Origin: Antedon mediterranea
Lineage: Eukaryota; Animalia; Echinodermata
Length of the DNA: 64,000 bases
Assembly (NCBI RefSeq): GCF_964355755.1
Contig: NC_092671.1
Span: 26,920,070 to 26,984,069 of the forward strand
Direction: 5' to 3'
In this document: positions 1-11,544 of the stretch, piece by piece
How positions within the stretch are numbered: the stretch's first letter is position 1
How the letters are laid out: every line of letters starts with the position of its first letter
Program-made: the position numbers and the translations under genes
The notes under the pieces: generated by a model
Database searches by the model: none
Told to the model about the DNA's origin: nothing
The model's input: the letters and a program-made list of their open reading frames with translations, nothing else

Positions 1-1720
1 CGCGTGGCGAGTGACGATTTGGTTTGGCGAGTAAAGCATACACAAGTGGCTTATGGTCAGTAAAAATATGAAATGAGCGTCCTTCAAGTGAATGACGAAA
101 TTGTTTAACTGAAAGGTATGCCGCCAAAAGTTCACGACCAAATGTGCTGTATCGCGTCTGCGCTGGTTTCAACTTCTGTGAAAAAAATGAAATAGGTTGC
201 CAATTGTTGTCAATGCATTGTTGTAGTATACCCCCTATGGCCACATCCGAAGCGTCAACCATGATACTTAAAGGTGCATCTGGCTGCGGATGGGTGAGAA
301 ATGTAGCACTTGCGAGGGCGACTTTAATATTATTAAATCCCAATAAAGCTGCGTCGGTCCATACCAGATCCTGTTTCTTACCTGCCCCAACAAGTAGAGC
401 TGTGACAGGTTGTAAAATCTGGGCACACTGCGGTATAAATCGCCTATAAAAGTTAATAAGTCCAAGGAATTCACGTAGTTTGCGTAAAGAAGTTGGTTGT
501 GGAAAGTTTTGTATCGCTTCGACCTTTATTTGAAGTGGTCGGACACCTTGCGAATCAACATGATGTCCAAGAAACTCGAGTGACGAAACTCCAAATTGGC
601 ATTTCGCTGGGTTGAGAACAACGCCATACTCATTAAGACGTGTGAATAGTTGATGAAGATGAGTTTCGTGTTCCTCGGCGTTGGAACTTGCAACAAGCAG
701 GTCGTCGATATAAGCGTAGCAAAAATCCAATCCACGCGTTACCTGATCAATAAAACGTTGAAAAGTTTGAGCGGCATTGCGGAGGCCAAATGGCATTCTA
801 ACAAATTCAAAAAGTCCAAATGGTGTAGTAATTGCTGTTTTATGAACATCAGCAGGTTCAACTGGTATCTGATGGTAAGCTCGGACGAGATCAATCTTAG
901 AAAATATAGTGGATCCGTGCAGAGATGCTGTAAAATCGTGCATGTACGGGATAGGATACCGATCTGCAACAGTAGCATTGTTCAATGCTCGATAATCCCC
1001 ACAGGGACGCCAATCCCCAGGAGTTTTCTTAGGCACCATATGTAAAGGTGATGCCCAGTTACTTTTAGAGGGGCGTATAATTCCAAGCTGCATCATGTGT
1101 TCAAATTCATGTCTGGCTGTTTTGCAGCGGTCATGTGCGAGCCGTCGAGGATGTGACGAAATTGGTGGACCATGGGTCTGAATATGATGTGTCACATCGT
1201 GTTTTAGCGACGCTTCCTGATAACAAGGGCGTGTAATGTTTGGGAATTTTGTAAGAATGTAGTCCCACTTGGACTTAGCCTCAAGGGTGGTAAATATAAG
1301 ACCGAGAGGCGAAGTTTTGGAGGCGACACCTTGAATACTCAGGTTGGTGGTAGTGTCAATGAGTCGTCGATTATTCATATCGACTAACAGTCCAAAATGT
1401 CTTAAAAAATCAGCCCCTATGATGGGGTGTGTGACGTCTGCGACAACAAATAACCATTGAGATGTTCGTCTCAAACCTAAGTCTAAGGTTACAGAGCGAT
1501 GTCCATAAGTGTTGATAGATGTATTATTTGCGGCAGTCAAAGTAGACTCTTGTCGCCTATGTAGACGCTCATGGCGAGTAGGTGGAACAACGCTAACTTC
1601 TGCCCCAGTGTCTATGAGGAAACGTTGTTTGGATAATTGATTAACAATAAAGAAAAGGCGACTTACGATTTGACGGCCAGCAACATTCGTCGCATTTAGT
1701 TGTCGGCGTTGGAGTTTTCC
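1..1720 (-). CDS. pol: Gypsy pol (aspartic protease-RT-RNase H), open to the window edge, in the -1 frame relative to gag
   Basis: Manual translation shows no stop from 1720 to 2. Motifs: [10 protein letters not shown] (protease, ~1601-1612), [48 protein letters not shown] (701-712), VDASD and TDHKPL (RNase H). It is missing from the ORF track because its stop lies outside the window. Confidence 0.95.
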
Positions 1721-2628
1721 GAACACGGCGGATTGCATTTTCGAGCATTTACTCCAAATTTTTCATGGTACCAACAGAGTTGAGGAGTGTTGTTTGAATG
1801 TTGAGCTGAGCGATTGGTACTGTTAGGTTGAGCAGGAGATGAATGCCTACCACTCGATCGATTTCGATGTCGACTTGTGCTGCGACTTTGATATCTGTTG
1901 TGCCGTCGGTCAGATTGCAAGGAATTAACTTGCGTTGACAGTTGTTGAATCTGTTTTTGCAGGTTTTCAAGGGTCGCAGACAAGGAGGGTGTATTGTCCG
2001 TGTGTACTGCCGATACACTTGTTGGCGCAGTTGCAGTTACAGATACTTCAATAATTTTGTCAGCCAATGATGTCAAGCTTCCCAGGTCCAACTCATCCTT
2101 GGTTGAAGCTAGGATAAGCTGTACATTAGTTGGGAGGCGACTTAAGAATAGTTGTTTCATAATTGAAGATTCAAGTGGCCTGTCGCCTAAGAGTTGTAAC
2201 ATCCGTCGGTATAATTGCGACGGTTTCCTATCCCCCAACTCCTCGGCCGTCAGGAGTTGGCGGAGGCGCTGTTGGTCGGAGTCAGTTGTCCGACGTATTA
2301 AGGTATCTTTCAAGTTCACATACCTGTTATCAGTAGGCGGGTTGAGAAGTAGATCCCGAACTTCCTGTGCAATTTCAGGTTGCAATGATCCGACTAAGTA
2401 AGCGTATTTTGTAGCATCTACTGTAATCCCACGCGTTGTGAACTGTGCTTCCACTTGGGTGAACCACAATATCGGATCATTGGGCCAGTATGGAGGCAGT
2501 TTCAACGCTACCGAAGAAATTGGCCTGTTGACGGTTGCTGCGTCAGGAGCGGGCACCACAGGTTGTTCCTGGTGCTGGGGTTGTGCTGGAGGTTGCGGTA
2601 GCTGTCGTTGTTGCTGTTGTCCTTCCAT
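1696..2628 (-). CDS. gag: Gypsy gag (310 aa) with C-terminal CHCC zinc knuckle
   Basis: The ORF contains [43 protein letters not shown] and [18 protein letters not shown]. Confidence 0.93.
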   Translation of the reverse strand: MEGQQQQRQLPQPPAQPQHQEQPVVPAPDAATVNRPISSVALKLPPYWPNDPILWFTQVEAQFTTRGITVDATKYAYLVGSLQPEIAQEVRDLLLNPPTDNRYVNLKDTLIRRTTDSDQQRLRQLLTAEELGDRKPSQLYRRMLQLLGDRPLESSIMKQLFLSRLPTNVQLILASTKDELDLGSLTSLADKIIEVSVTATAPTSVSAVHTDNTPSLSATLENLQKQIQQLSTQVNSLQSDRRHNRYQSRSTSRHRNRSSGRHSSPAQPNSTNRSAQHSNNTPQLCWYHEKFGVNARKCNPPCSENSNADN

Positions 2629-2653
2629 TGTAAGTTAAATTCGGTATAAGAAA

Positions 2654-2667
2654 GTCGAGGGTCACCA
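2654..2667 (-). promoter_or_regulatory. Primer binding site (tRNA-Trp type)
   Basis: Minus strand reads TGGTGACCCTCGAC, between the LTR and gag. It is a near match to the complement of the eukaryotic tRNA-Trp 3' end. Confidence 0.8.
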
Positions 2668-2670
2668 CTT

Positions 2671-3106
2671 TAGTAATTGTCGGCGCAACGGTAAAACAAA
2701 ACAACTACTAAATGTATACAGTAAACTATGCAATTTATTCCAAGTGAATCAAGTGAGGATTCTCAATAAATAGATAAAATATACAATATACAATATTTGA
2801 TAAGACAGAGCAATAAACGGTGTAGCTAAGATGCTGGTTGAGAAAAGAGTGTGTTAATAATGTGGTCAGTGCATGGTAATATTGGGCTTGGCCCATCTCA
2901 TCTGACCAATAAGGATTAAGAGAATTAATGTGGTTTTCTGTTAGAGTCATTAACATTCTTAAAATCCATTAGCTAGAAAAGTGAAGGTAACAGGAAGGTA
3001 ACCTGTCAATGTGAGGTTAAATAAAGAGATATATAGAGGATGTATAAATAATCAAATTAAAAGTAAATGTTGAATTGTTTAAAAGCTATGTGGTAGGTCT
3101 GCTACA
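2671..3106 (-). repeat. 5' LTR of the Gypsy element
   Basis: Starts TGTAGC on the minus strand (3106), contains a TATA-like TATATA (~3029-3034) and AATAAA (2734-2739), and ends just before the PBS. The 3' LTR is outside the window, so the boundaries cannot be confirmed. Confidence 0.65.
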
Positions 3107-3255
3107 ATGTCATCAATCATTGAAATAGTGACAGTACAGGGTGCATCCAGGATTTGATTATAGCGGTAGGCCTATATTGTATAAAATTAGTTTGTCAAAA
3201 AGTACCCTGAATTGGAATGTTTATTATTTATTTCAAACCAACCAAAAAAATAGGT

Positions 3256-3852
3256 AACTAGAGGGTACTCCGAGAGTACAAACCTCCGCCTACTGTAAAA
3301 TTCCCCTACATAAAATTCCCCCTGAATATTTTTTTTAAACATTTTTTTTTATTAGTTCTAAGTGTAAATATGTTAACTGCACACTTCAAAGTCGTGGATG
3401 ACAGTGTGGTGTAATGGTTATGTATCCAGCCTCTCACAGTTGAGATCGCTGGTTCAAATCCCACTGAGGTTTTTTTTTTTATTATTTTTTTATTTCTTTT
3501 TTTTTTTTTTTTGTGGACCTTGATCTTTAACCCTGACCCTTCAAAATTTAACCACAATTATATGATGTGTCATTGATCATTGTGGCTAAGTTTGGTGAGA
3601 ATCGGATAAAAACTGTGGTCTCTAGGCAGTAAAATAGTTTTTTGTTAGTCGTGACCTTGACCTATGACCTTTTCCTCTCAAATTCAAACTCGTCCGAGCT
3701 TTTGGGGCATAGATCATTGTTGCCAAATGTGGTGAGAATCAGATAAAAACTGTGGCCTCCAAGCTGTTTACAGACACACACACACGCACACACACAAACA
3801 CACACAAACATACAGGGGTGAAAACATAACCTCCTTGGCTTGGCGGAGGTAA
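3256..3852 (+). mobile_element. Helentron-associated non-autonomous element (HINE/DINE-1-like), family A, carrying a tRNA-like unit
   Basis: 5' AACTAG, small hairpin GTACTC-cga-GAGTAC, subterminal AACCTCCGCC (3281-3290), (CA)n at ~3775-3810, and a 3' hairpin ACCTCC...GGCGGAGGT (3829-3850) complementary to the 5' subTIR. Confidence 0.7.
3400..3470 (+). pseudogene. Degenerate tRNA-like Pol III unit inside HINE family A
   Basis: Box A TGGTGTAATGG (3407-3417), box B GGTTCAAATCC (3451-3461), followed directly by a T run. The cloverleaf stems are imperfect. Confidence 0.6.
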
Positions 3853-5240
3853 CTATTTACACCTACACATTTGTTATGTAGTGTTTTATATAGAAATGTG
3901 AATTTCGGTCAATAGGCTTTTGACAACAAGTAGAAAATAACGACAGCAGCTACATTCATTCGTACTTTATTTACAACACAACTGGCTCATAGGTCTACCA
4001 GGAGATGAACCCTTAACAAATCTTTATATGTAGGCCTATTACGGTACCTTTGTATTTATTAATCACGCATAACGAATTATAACTATCGCCATCGCAGAAA
4101 AATGAAAAAAAAAAATATTATTATTATTAATATATTTATAATTTGAGAATAAAAATCACTAATTTCAACGGCTACTTATGATCATTTTTTTTGTGTGTAT
4201 ATTTTTAGGCAGGCAGTCAAATGTAACAAAATAGCATTAGCATTAGCATTTGGAACAAGAAATATTCTTACTGATTTTATATATACATTTGCTGCTTTCA
4301 CGGTTTATAAACAAAAGATACTGGCTGATGTTACAAATAAAAGTTATTTTAACTTATGGAAATCTTTTAAACAAGGAATTCTATTCAGAATGGAATGTGA
4401 TATAGTGTATAAAAGAGAGGAAAGCATAAAAAAATGGGAAAAAGTAAAATATATTATTTTAGCAATGTAAAATTGTATAATTGTTAAACAATAACAGGCT
4501 AAAAACACGAGAAAATATTATTACGACACAATACTTAGTATTCTAGTATGGTTTCTACCTTACTAGTTTTATTTACTGGTGCTATATGAGTTACAGTATA
4601 TTTTATTTTGTGATGTTGTAATGGCAATTGTGAACCTATTTTATGCTCCCGGAAATTTTTTTTTTCTAGACGCCCGGAGATAGCATCTGAGGCGTTTTGG
4701 CCAGTCGATTCTAGGAGGCCTAGTCATTTATCTGAATATAGTGGGTTTTATAGACCATATTTAATATACAGAACTGTTTTTTTTTGCGCTTAAGCCTGTT
4801 TTCTCGTCGCGCAGCCGTGCCCGTGTGAAAATTGAAAAAGTTACGGGTTTTGATGCTTCAACCCAGCCGGCCTAGGACATGTTTTCGCTGATATCTTAAT
4901 CTAGGCTTTACACTAAAGACAAACATTAAATTAGTGTTTTTATATTAAAATTTAGTTTTACTTACACTTGTTATTTTGAAATATCAGACTTTAAAAGAGT
5001 ACAAAAACATCGTCGCGTTGTAAAAAATCATGAATTGTCAGCACGTACGTATTTTTTCACAAACAATGATGACGTAATTTATGAACTATTTGATTGGCCA
5101 GTCAATTTTTACCGATCGCAACGTTGAAGTTGAATTCGGTTCAAGTTTTAAAAAAATGTGAATATTTCAACGATTTTTAATGTTGATTTGTACCCCCTTT
5201 TCCTGTAAAATCGTTGATAAAATCGTTTGTAAATGGGTGC

Positions 5241-5242
<2 letters not shown>

Positions 5243-5298
<56 letters not shown>
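5243..5298. repeat. (TA)n microsatellite
   Basis: Direct observation. Confidence 0.95.
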
Positions 5299-5299
<1 letters not shown>

Positions 5300-5837
5300 T
5301 ACAAAAGGGGGGGGGGACGGGCCGCCCCCACCTAAATCCGCCCCTGACAATCCAGTGAATTCCAGTTGCCCCTAAATCTTCAACCCAATCCTCTCCTTCA
5401 AACTTCTCTTCTTCTTGTAAAACTTAAATAAAAAGAATCTATACTGAACTGATGTTTCCGTTTATTCAGGGAGTTGTAAAATAACAACTCCCTGGTTTAT
5501 TTGAGAAATGTGATTTTACTATTTGAACAACTGTTATCAAGGTTTCGTATCTCACACATAATCTGTACAGTGAAATACGAGTATGTTAAACAAACGTAGA
5601 AATAAACCCAAGGGCAAAACATTTGATTGACGACAATCCATGTCTGTCTGCTTTTAGAACCAAGATCTAAAATTAATGTACATGCCTCTGGTGTTTTCCA
5701 GCGTGGTTCGTTCCAAAAAGGTTATATACAAATTGTTATCCTATTTTGTACTGCAGCCTAAGCACCATATGAGTAAGACCACAATACCGACGAGGTGTTT
5801 TGTTTGTGTGACAGACTGACAAACGTCCATTGAAACA

Positions 5838-5994
5838 TTGGTTCCCACTAGGACGCAACGCAAAGACGTAGACGCAACGCAAGCGTCGAGTTGACCAATG
5901 GCAAGCGACAGTTCGTATAATCTATCGCTTGTGAATGGTCAAATCCCTTACGTTGCGTTACGTCGTTGTGTTGCGTCCTAGTGGAACCAAGCTT
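5838..5994. mobile_element. TIR MITE (TTGGTTCCCACTAG...CTAGTGG(G)AACCAAG family), PIF/Harbinger-like
   Basis: Terminal inverted repeats with internal GCAACGCAAG subrepeats. Related copies at ~6054-6260, ~8900-9168, ~12366, ~44370-44485 and 46035-46216. Confidence 0.7.
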
Positions 5995-6320
5995 AACAGA
6001 CAATGGACGTTTGTCAACAGTAAAACTACTAGTGGGAACCACACATTATTACCTTGGTTCCCACTATGATGCAACGTAAGGACGTAAGCCGCAACGCAAG
6101 CGAATGACCAATCAAACGCGAGGATTATTACAACTGTTGCTTGTGATTGGTAAATTCACGCAATGCATGGACGTAAGAATTTGATCAATAACGATGCGAT
6201 AGTCATCCGGACTGTCGCTTGCCTTTACGTTTGTTTCTACTGATGCCAAGAACCTAGGCCTACTTCCATGTTATAATTTACCTAATTTCTACATTTTCAG
6301 TAAAACGAAAGATTATTTAC

Positions 6321-7336
6321 TGTCACGAACTCCTCTTACGTACGTTTCTTCCGAGCGGTTGAAAATACTAGGAACTCCCTTGTGACATAAAAGTATACAC
6401 ACAAAATCCACAAAGTTGTAAAATAACTCAAAAACAAAGCTTTAATTTCAATCAACTTCAACTTTCAACAATCCAGTAAGCACTTTAAACAACAGCTTCA
6501 CAATAACTTTTACAATCAAATATCCAACAACCTTAGAGTAGGTTACATCCCTTTATATACAAGATGTTCCTATCCTTCTAGATCGTTCTTTATACTTCTT
6601 ATTCTATGGGGTTACAGTTTCTATTAATAGCACTTCTGGAATGTTCCTTATTGTTCTTATTAATTATACATGGTTTCTTAAATCAAAACATCTCTTATTC
6701 TGGAATGTTCATCCATGTAGATACTTAGATACTGTATTAGGAATGGTAATTTATTACACTAGAGGGTGAGCTCGCTTCGCTCGCTCCCCCTCTAGGAAGT
6801 GTAGACGATGGTTCTCGGAATGATAATGTTCTCCTTATACATTTTCTGTCGGTTACCATTATTGAAAATGCTTGACATTCGTAAAACTAAACTACTTTGT
6901 TTCACAGTGTTTTAGATGATTAATAACATTTTAAAGTATAGTTTTTATTGTTTGGTAGGGCCCTTTGGGGAGGCGGAGGTCATTTGAGGGAGGTGCTTAT
7001 TCGAGGGATATATGTTCAATTTTTTAGTTCTAATAATATGGTAACATTTATAATCAAATGAAATCCTCTCATAGATATGAAAAGTGGTAAAAAAGAATAA
7101 CAAATGCTTGGTAAATTGCAGATAACAGTGCGGTGAATTCTACTACAAATAGTATAATTGTGTTATTATAAATATGTGAATGGACGTTTATTATTAGATA
7201 GTTGGGTTGTGTGGGGGGGGGGGGGGTTATTATTCAAAGTGATGTTTTATTGGCGTTTATTCAAATGAATACCATCCTAATAATTATTAATACATTATTT
7301 AATTTAATCATCTTTTGAAACTAACTGCCGTGACAG
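6321..7336 (-). mobile_element. Putative solo LTR with heat-shock-element-like motifs
   Basis: TGTCACG...CGTGACA inverted termini. The minus strand has TATATAAAGGG (~6549-6559) and ATTAAA (~6441). No matching TSD was found, so the right boundary is uncertain. Confidence 0.45.
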
Positions 7337-8128
7337 AGTGGGCCCAAGAAAGAAGACATTACGGCTTGCAACATGGGCAGACATCTCGGTCCTAACGGGA
7401 CACAGGAAGATAGCCTACAGTTATTCCTGCAAGCTTACTCAATAAAACTCAGCTATCGGGATTTCACTCGAAAAATGTCTTATCAAATCTCCCTATGTAA
7501 TTTTATAATACTATTCCCCACAATATATTCTGATTCTTTATGGCGTATATTTAATTTGATCTTTATTAATTTGCAGTATAATTCCTATTATTTAACTACT
7601 GCACCTTCACACACGTGTGGTATGTTTTAAAATAAACAAAAAACTGAAATGGCTATGATTAATGGCCATTTTTTTTTCGTCTTCCAAAGGGACACTGTAT
7701 TGATTGATGGAAAGTGCCTGTTTCCAGTCACCTTTAGGGTCAAATCTATTATTTTAACTGCTCCCTTGTGTATAAAAGAGAGAAAATATTTGAAACTAAG
7801 GTGAACTTATCTTAAACCCGGAAATTACTTTGACCGGGAAGAATTGAAATTGAGAGGAAAATCCAATGTTGAAATCATAAATGTTGTTAAAAAACTCTTT
7901 ATAATATCTTCCTAAGATATAAATATGGAACAATAGCGTCGGCGTGCACACTAATGTTATCAAATCTACGTTTCGCGGTACATCTCGGATAGATAAGGTA
8001 GGTATCCAAGGCGGAGATTTGTAGAGAAGTTTTTGCATTGTGCTCGCCTATGTCAGAATTAACCATAATTTATATATAGATTACTCAATATGCCTACTCA
8101 CAGCCAATTTATATACCGTTGCTACTCC

Positions 8129-10596
8129 ATGAGAGTAACTGGTGATTTTGAACACGTTAATTATCTTAACAGGTATATACGCTGGAAACAAACAGGCTTA
8201 CTACTATGCCTGGCCATTTCTTCAGCAGTAATTACAATTTACATGACAGGGACGATACACAATGCATATACTGAACAATCGAAAAGTATTCGCTTGTAAG
8301 TATATACAAAAATTGTACAGAATAATATTAGATTATACAATAATATAATTTTATACATAACAACAATGAACAAGGTTTTCTCATAAACCACAGACTTGAC
8401 ATTGTACGTTAAGATAATAATTACCGTACATCATATCGTTTTCGTTGTTGGTGCTGTTGTTGTGATGATATACTTTTCTTGTCACTTGATTCTCGGTACT
8501 GTATTTCTACATTTTGGTAATATAACACCATTATAATATGTGTTTCATATGTATCTGCTAGGTATCATATCATAACCTAACCCTTTACTTAACCTTACAT
8601 GATACAGGTAGGCCTACCACATGTGATACAAATTAGATGCTGGGCAAGTATTATTTGGAAACAACACTAAGCATCGGATATTATTGTACTGGTATAAACC
8701 TACTCAAATAAAGCCAAATGTTTAAAGTGAGGAAAATAGTAGATGGATTAAATAAATAGCGTATGGATTCGTTACATAATTGTACATTGTTGTTATTATT
8801 CTTACAGTAACTCAGTTGCTAATCAGACTGATAACATGTCAACCAATCGTTCGAGCAACGTTAATCCGATGATATATGACATCAAACAGAAGTAAAAGCG
8901 TGGTTGCCATTAGCGACGCAACGCAAACAAGGCGAAATGCCCTTCCAATAAAAGTGTTTGCTCCTGCCTGCGTTAAATCAAACCTAATATGCGTCAATTT
9001 TTTAGGCCTAATTGACTTGCGCTGTACTCCAGCTTTGCGTTTTTGCGTGTTTCCCGTACCGCAGATGTTTGCAGCACTGTTGCGTCGTCAGTTACTACTT
9101 GAAATTACGCGCTCAATATGGCATTTTGCGTCGATATGTTGTTACGTTGCGTCCTAGTGGGAACCAAGTGACTAACTAACAATTATTATGAACAAATCAA
9201 AAAATTTGTCCAACCAGGGAAGAGTAAATTTCAATCTTCCTTGGTCCAACCAATCACCAATCCAATCGGCTAACTACCAATTACCAAATCACCCAATCGA
9301 ACTATCAATAACTGATCAATCGAGCAACAATTCGATTAAAGTATAATTATAGCCAATCAAATCAATTCAAAATACCAATCAACACATCGATCAATTTATA
9401 TAATTATTATAATTATAGATTGTTTTCGTTGGAACGTTTCTTTCCTTACAATCTCATTGTTTTGGTTGAGAAACCAACGGCTTCAAAATGAAAATCGAAA
9501 AAGAAACTCAACCATACATCAGCCAATGCTGTAAGTTACAAGTTACTGCAAAGATCTACGTGGACTATTATTAAAAGGGACACCTGTGCAGTAATAGGAA
9601 ATTCTGGAGTACTTCTCAATAGTTTGTGTGGACGGGAGATTGACTCCCATGAATTTGTTTTGAGATCAAACATGGCACCAATTAATGGTTTTGCGAAAGA
9701 TGTTGGATACAAAATTGACTTTGTTTCCTTAAATTGGGAACTTGCTGTTATAGCTCTGTCTTGTTTAAAGAACGTATCTACTACATGTCATGAAGAAATG
9801 TTAACAAGATAAAGCTTCAACTACTGTATTTGGTAAGTAAACTTAATAACAAAAGAATACCGGTATAGCGTGAGGTTATATCTCAACTAAATAAACCGAG
9901 TATATTATATCCGAAGATAGCGTACCCGTTTAAAGATATTGGAAAAGCAATTCAAAGGTAAGAACATCTATATATACACGGTGGTAGTCAATTTATTATT
10001 AATCACCAATTCTTTTATTTTTTGTGTTTCTGTAATCATAACTTTATCATGGTTCGTACATTAAGTTAAGAACGCCGTCTTCTGCAAACTATAATAATAA
10101 CACTGAAAATTGCAAAGTGCGGGTGAGTGTTGCGAGCATATCTATAGAATAACACGCCGACAAACTGAATGTCTATTATTAATAGAACGCTTCTCAGTGA
10201 ATAGGTCTTCCATAGACTATGCAGTGTCAACAGTCACCTGTAATTGGTTTTAAACGCAGAGAGAGCGTCGTATAACGTTCTTAGGCCAACGTTTTGTAGA
10301 CAAACCATGACCTTTCGGATCTGAGAAGCAATGAAGCGCGACGGAGATTACCATCATAATACTTAATAGTGAGATTTTTTCATATATGACCTAACGTCAG
10401 ATTGATATCTGAAATTTGTAATCAAAGTGTTCTAAATTTCTCATTTTAATTAACAGTTTTTGGAACTTAAGATCTCCATCGTCTGGTCTGTTTCTTTACA
10501 CCGTTGCAGCATCGTTATGCAAGACAGTTACTCTCTATGGATTGTATCCATTTTATGAATTACCACTGCCAACTATTTACTACATCAATTAAATTA
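8129..10596 (+). pseudogene. Alpha-2,8-sialyltransferase (ST8Sia, GT29)-like pseudogene
   Basis: Exon 8129-8295 encodes a type II membrane anchor and ends at gtaagt. Sialylmotif L TCAVIGNSGVLLNSLCGREIDSHEFVLRSNMAPINGFAKDVGYKIDF starts at 9582. Sialylmotif S PSSGLFLYTVAASLCKTVTLYGLYPF is at ~10476-10553, after the acceptor at 10456. In-frame stops lie at 9489 and 9810, and the frame ends before motif VS. Confidence 0.75.
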
Positions 10597-11544
10597 TATA
10601 TTTATGGAACTTGATAACGGTATATAGTTTCCAGTATAATATAGGCTTACCTAGAAGCTAAGATCAATACAGTGGATCGTCTAATGATTATTGATTAGAG
10701 AGATACGCTTTTATTTCAATGGCATACAGTATTTATTTGTCCTATGGAAATCAAAGGCATATATCAAAACTGACAACATTTTAATGTTTGTCAAAATTAC
10801 TCATATTGTAAGATTGTAAATCTATTTGCAGTGGACATGAATACCACAATTTCTATACGAAATACTAAAGTACAAGATATGTGAGTAAAAAAAACCATTT
10901 TTGGTCAGATGCATCATTTGATTTGCGTTGTTTGTTAATGTATTGACATTATAATCAATTAATCATTGTTTGAAAGATGGGTCTTTATTAATAAATTACA
11001 GTACAGTAGTTAAATCTTCACTATTCCCTTGTTAAATACAAATTTTCACGAGTCTTTATTATTAAATACCTTATCCCCAATTCTCTACTTGTCTTTTCTA
11101 TGTTAATTTATTTTATGATCGTCAACAGTACCTGTAGTTGTCCAGGGGCAAAATTGTTATGAATAAAGCGCATAGAACGGACTTCGGCTGATCCAAAACT
11201 TATTATTATTTCGAACCTATCGAGTAGGATACGCGTAAGATACGAAATCATATCTGCGTACGTTTGAACATGCCCGACGTTAGTAAGTGCTTGTGTGATG
11301 ATCGATTAATTTAAGACCGACCTCCACTCTCAGAAAAATAATAACGACTTGAATACTACTGACGCCGCTTTACCTTCTATTCAAGTTTCAAATGAAGTTA
11401 CCTTTAAAAATTTAATATAATCTGATAATTTCTAGTATTATATATATACACACCCCACCACTATAAATCAATAAATGTACCATCAACATAATATTATTTG
11501 ACCTAAATAATCCAGATCCAATCATTCGAGATGCCGTTGACTTC

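Larger units (their letters stand above)
1..3106 (-). mobile_element. Ty3/Gypsy LTR retrotransposon, CsRn1 clade (5' half; continues beyond the left window edge)
   Basis: Order on the minus strand is LTR, PBS, gag, protease, RT, RNase H. Gag ends in a C-x2-H-x9-C-x3-C (CHCC) motif, and the PBS is complementary to the tRNA-Trp 3' end. Both are hallmarks of the CsRn1/Kabuki/Boudicca clade. Confidence 0.93.

Noticed and set aside
1696-1698. Stop-codon readthrough as the gag-pol mechanism
   Set aside because: The protease motif DTGA is in the -1 frame, not in the gag frame.
144-2638. Plus-strand and alternative-frame ORFs over the Gypsy element (144-449, 650-1045, 1994-2401 and others)
   Set aside because: They are antisense or off-frame shadows of gag/pol with no independent motifs.
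4643-5242. Possible TIR element (TATGCTCCC / GGGTGCATA)
   Set aside because: The inverted repeat is short and imperfect, with no TSD or second copy in the window.
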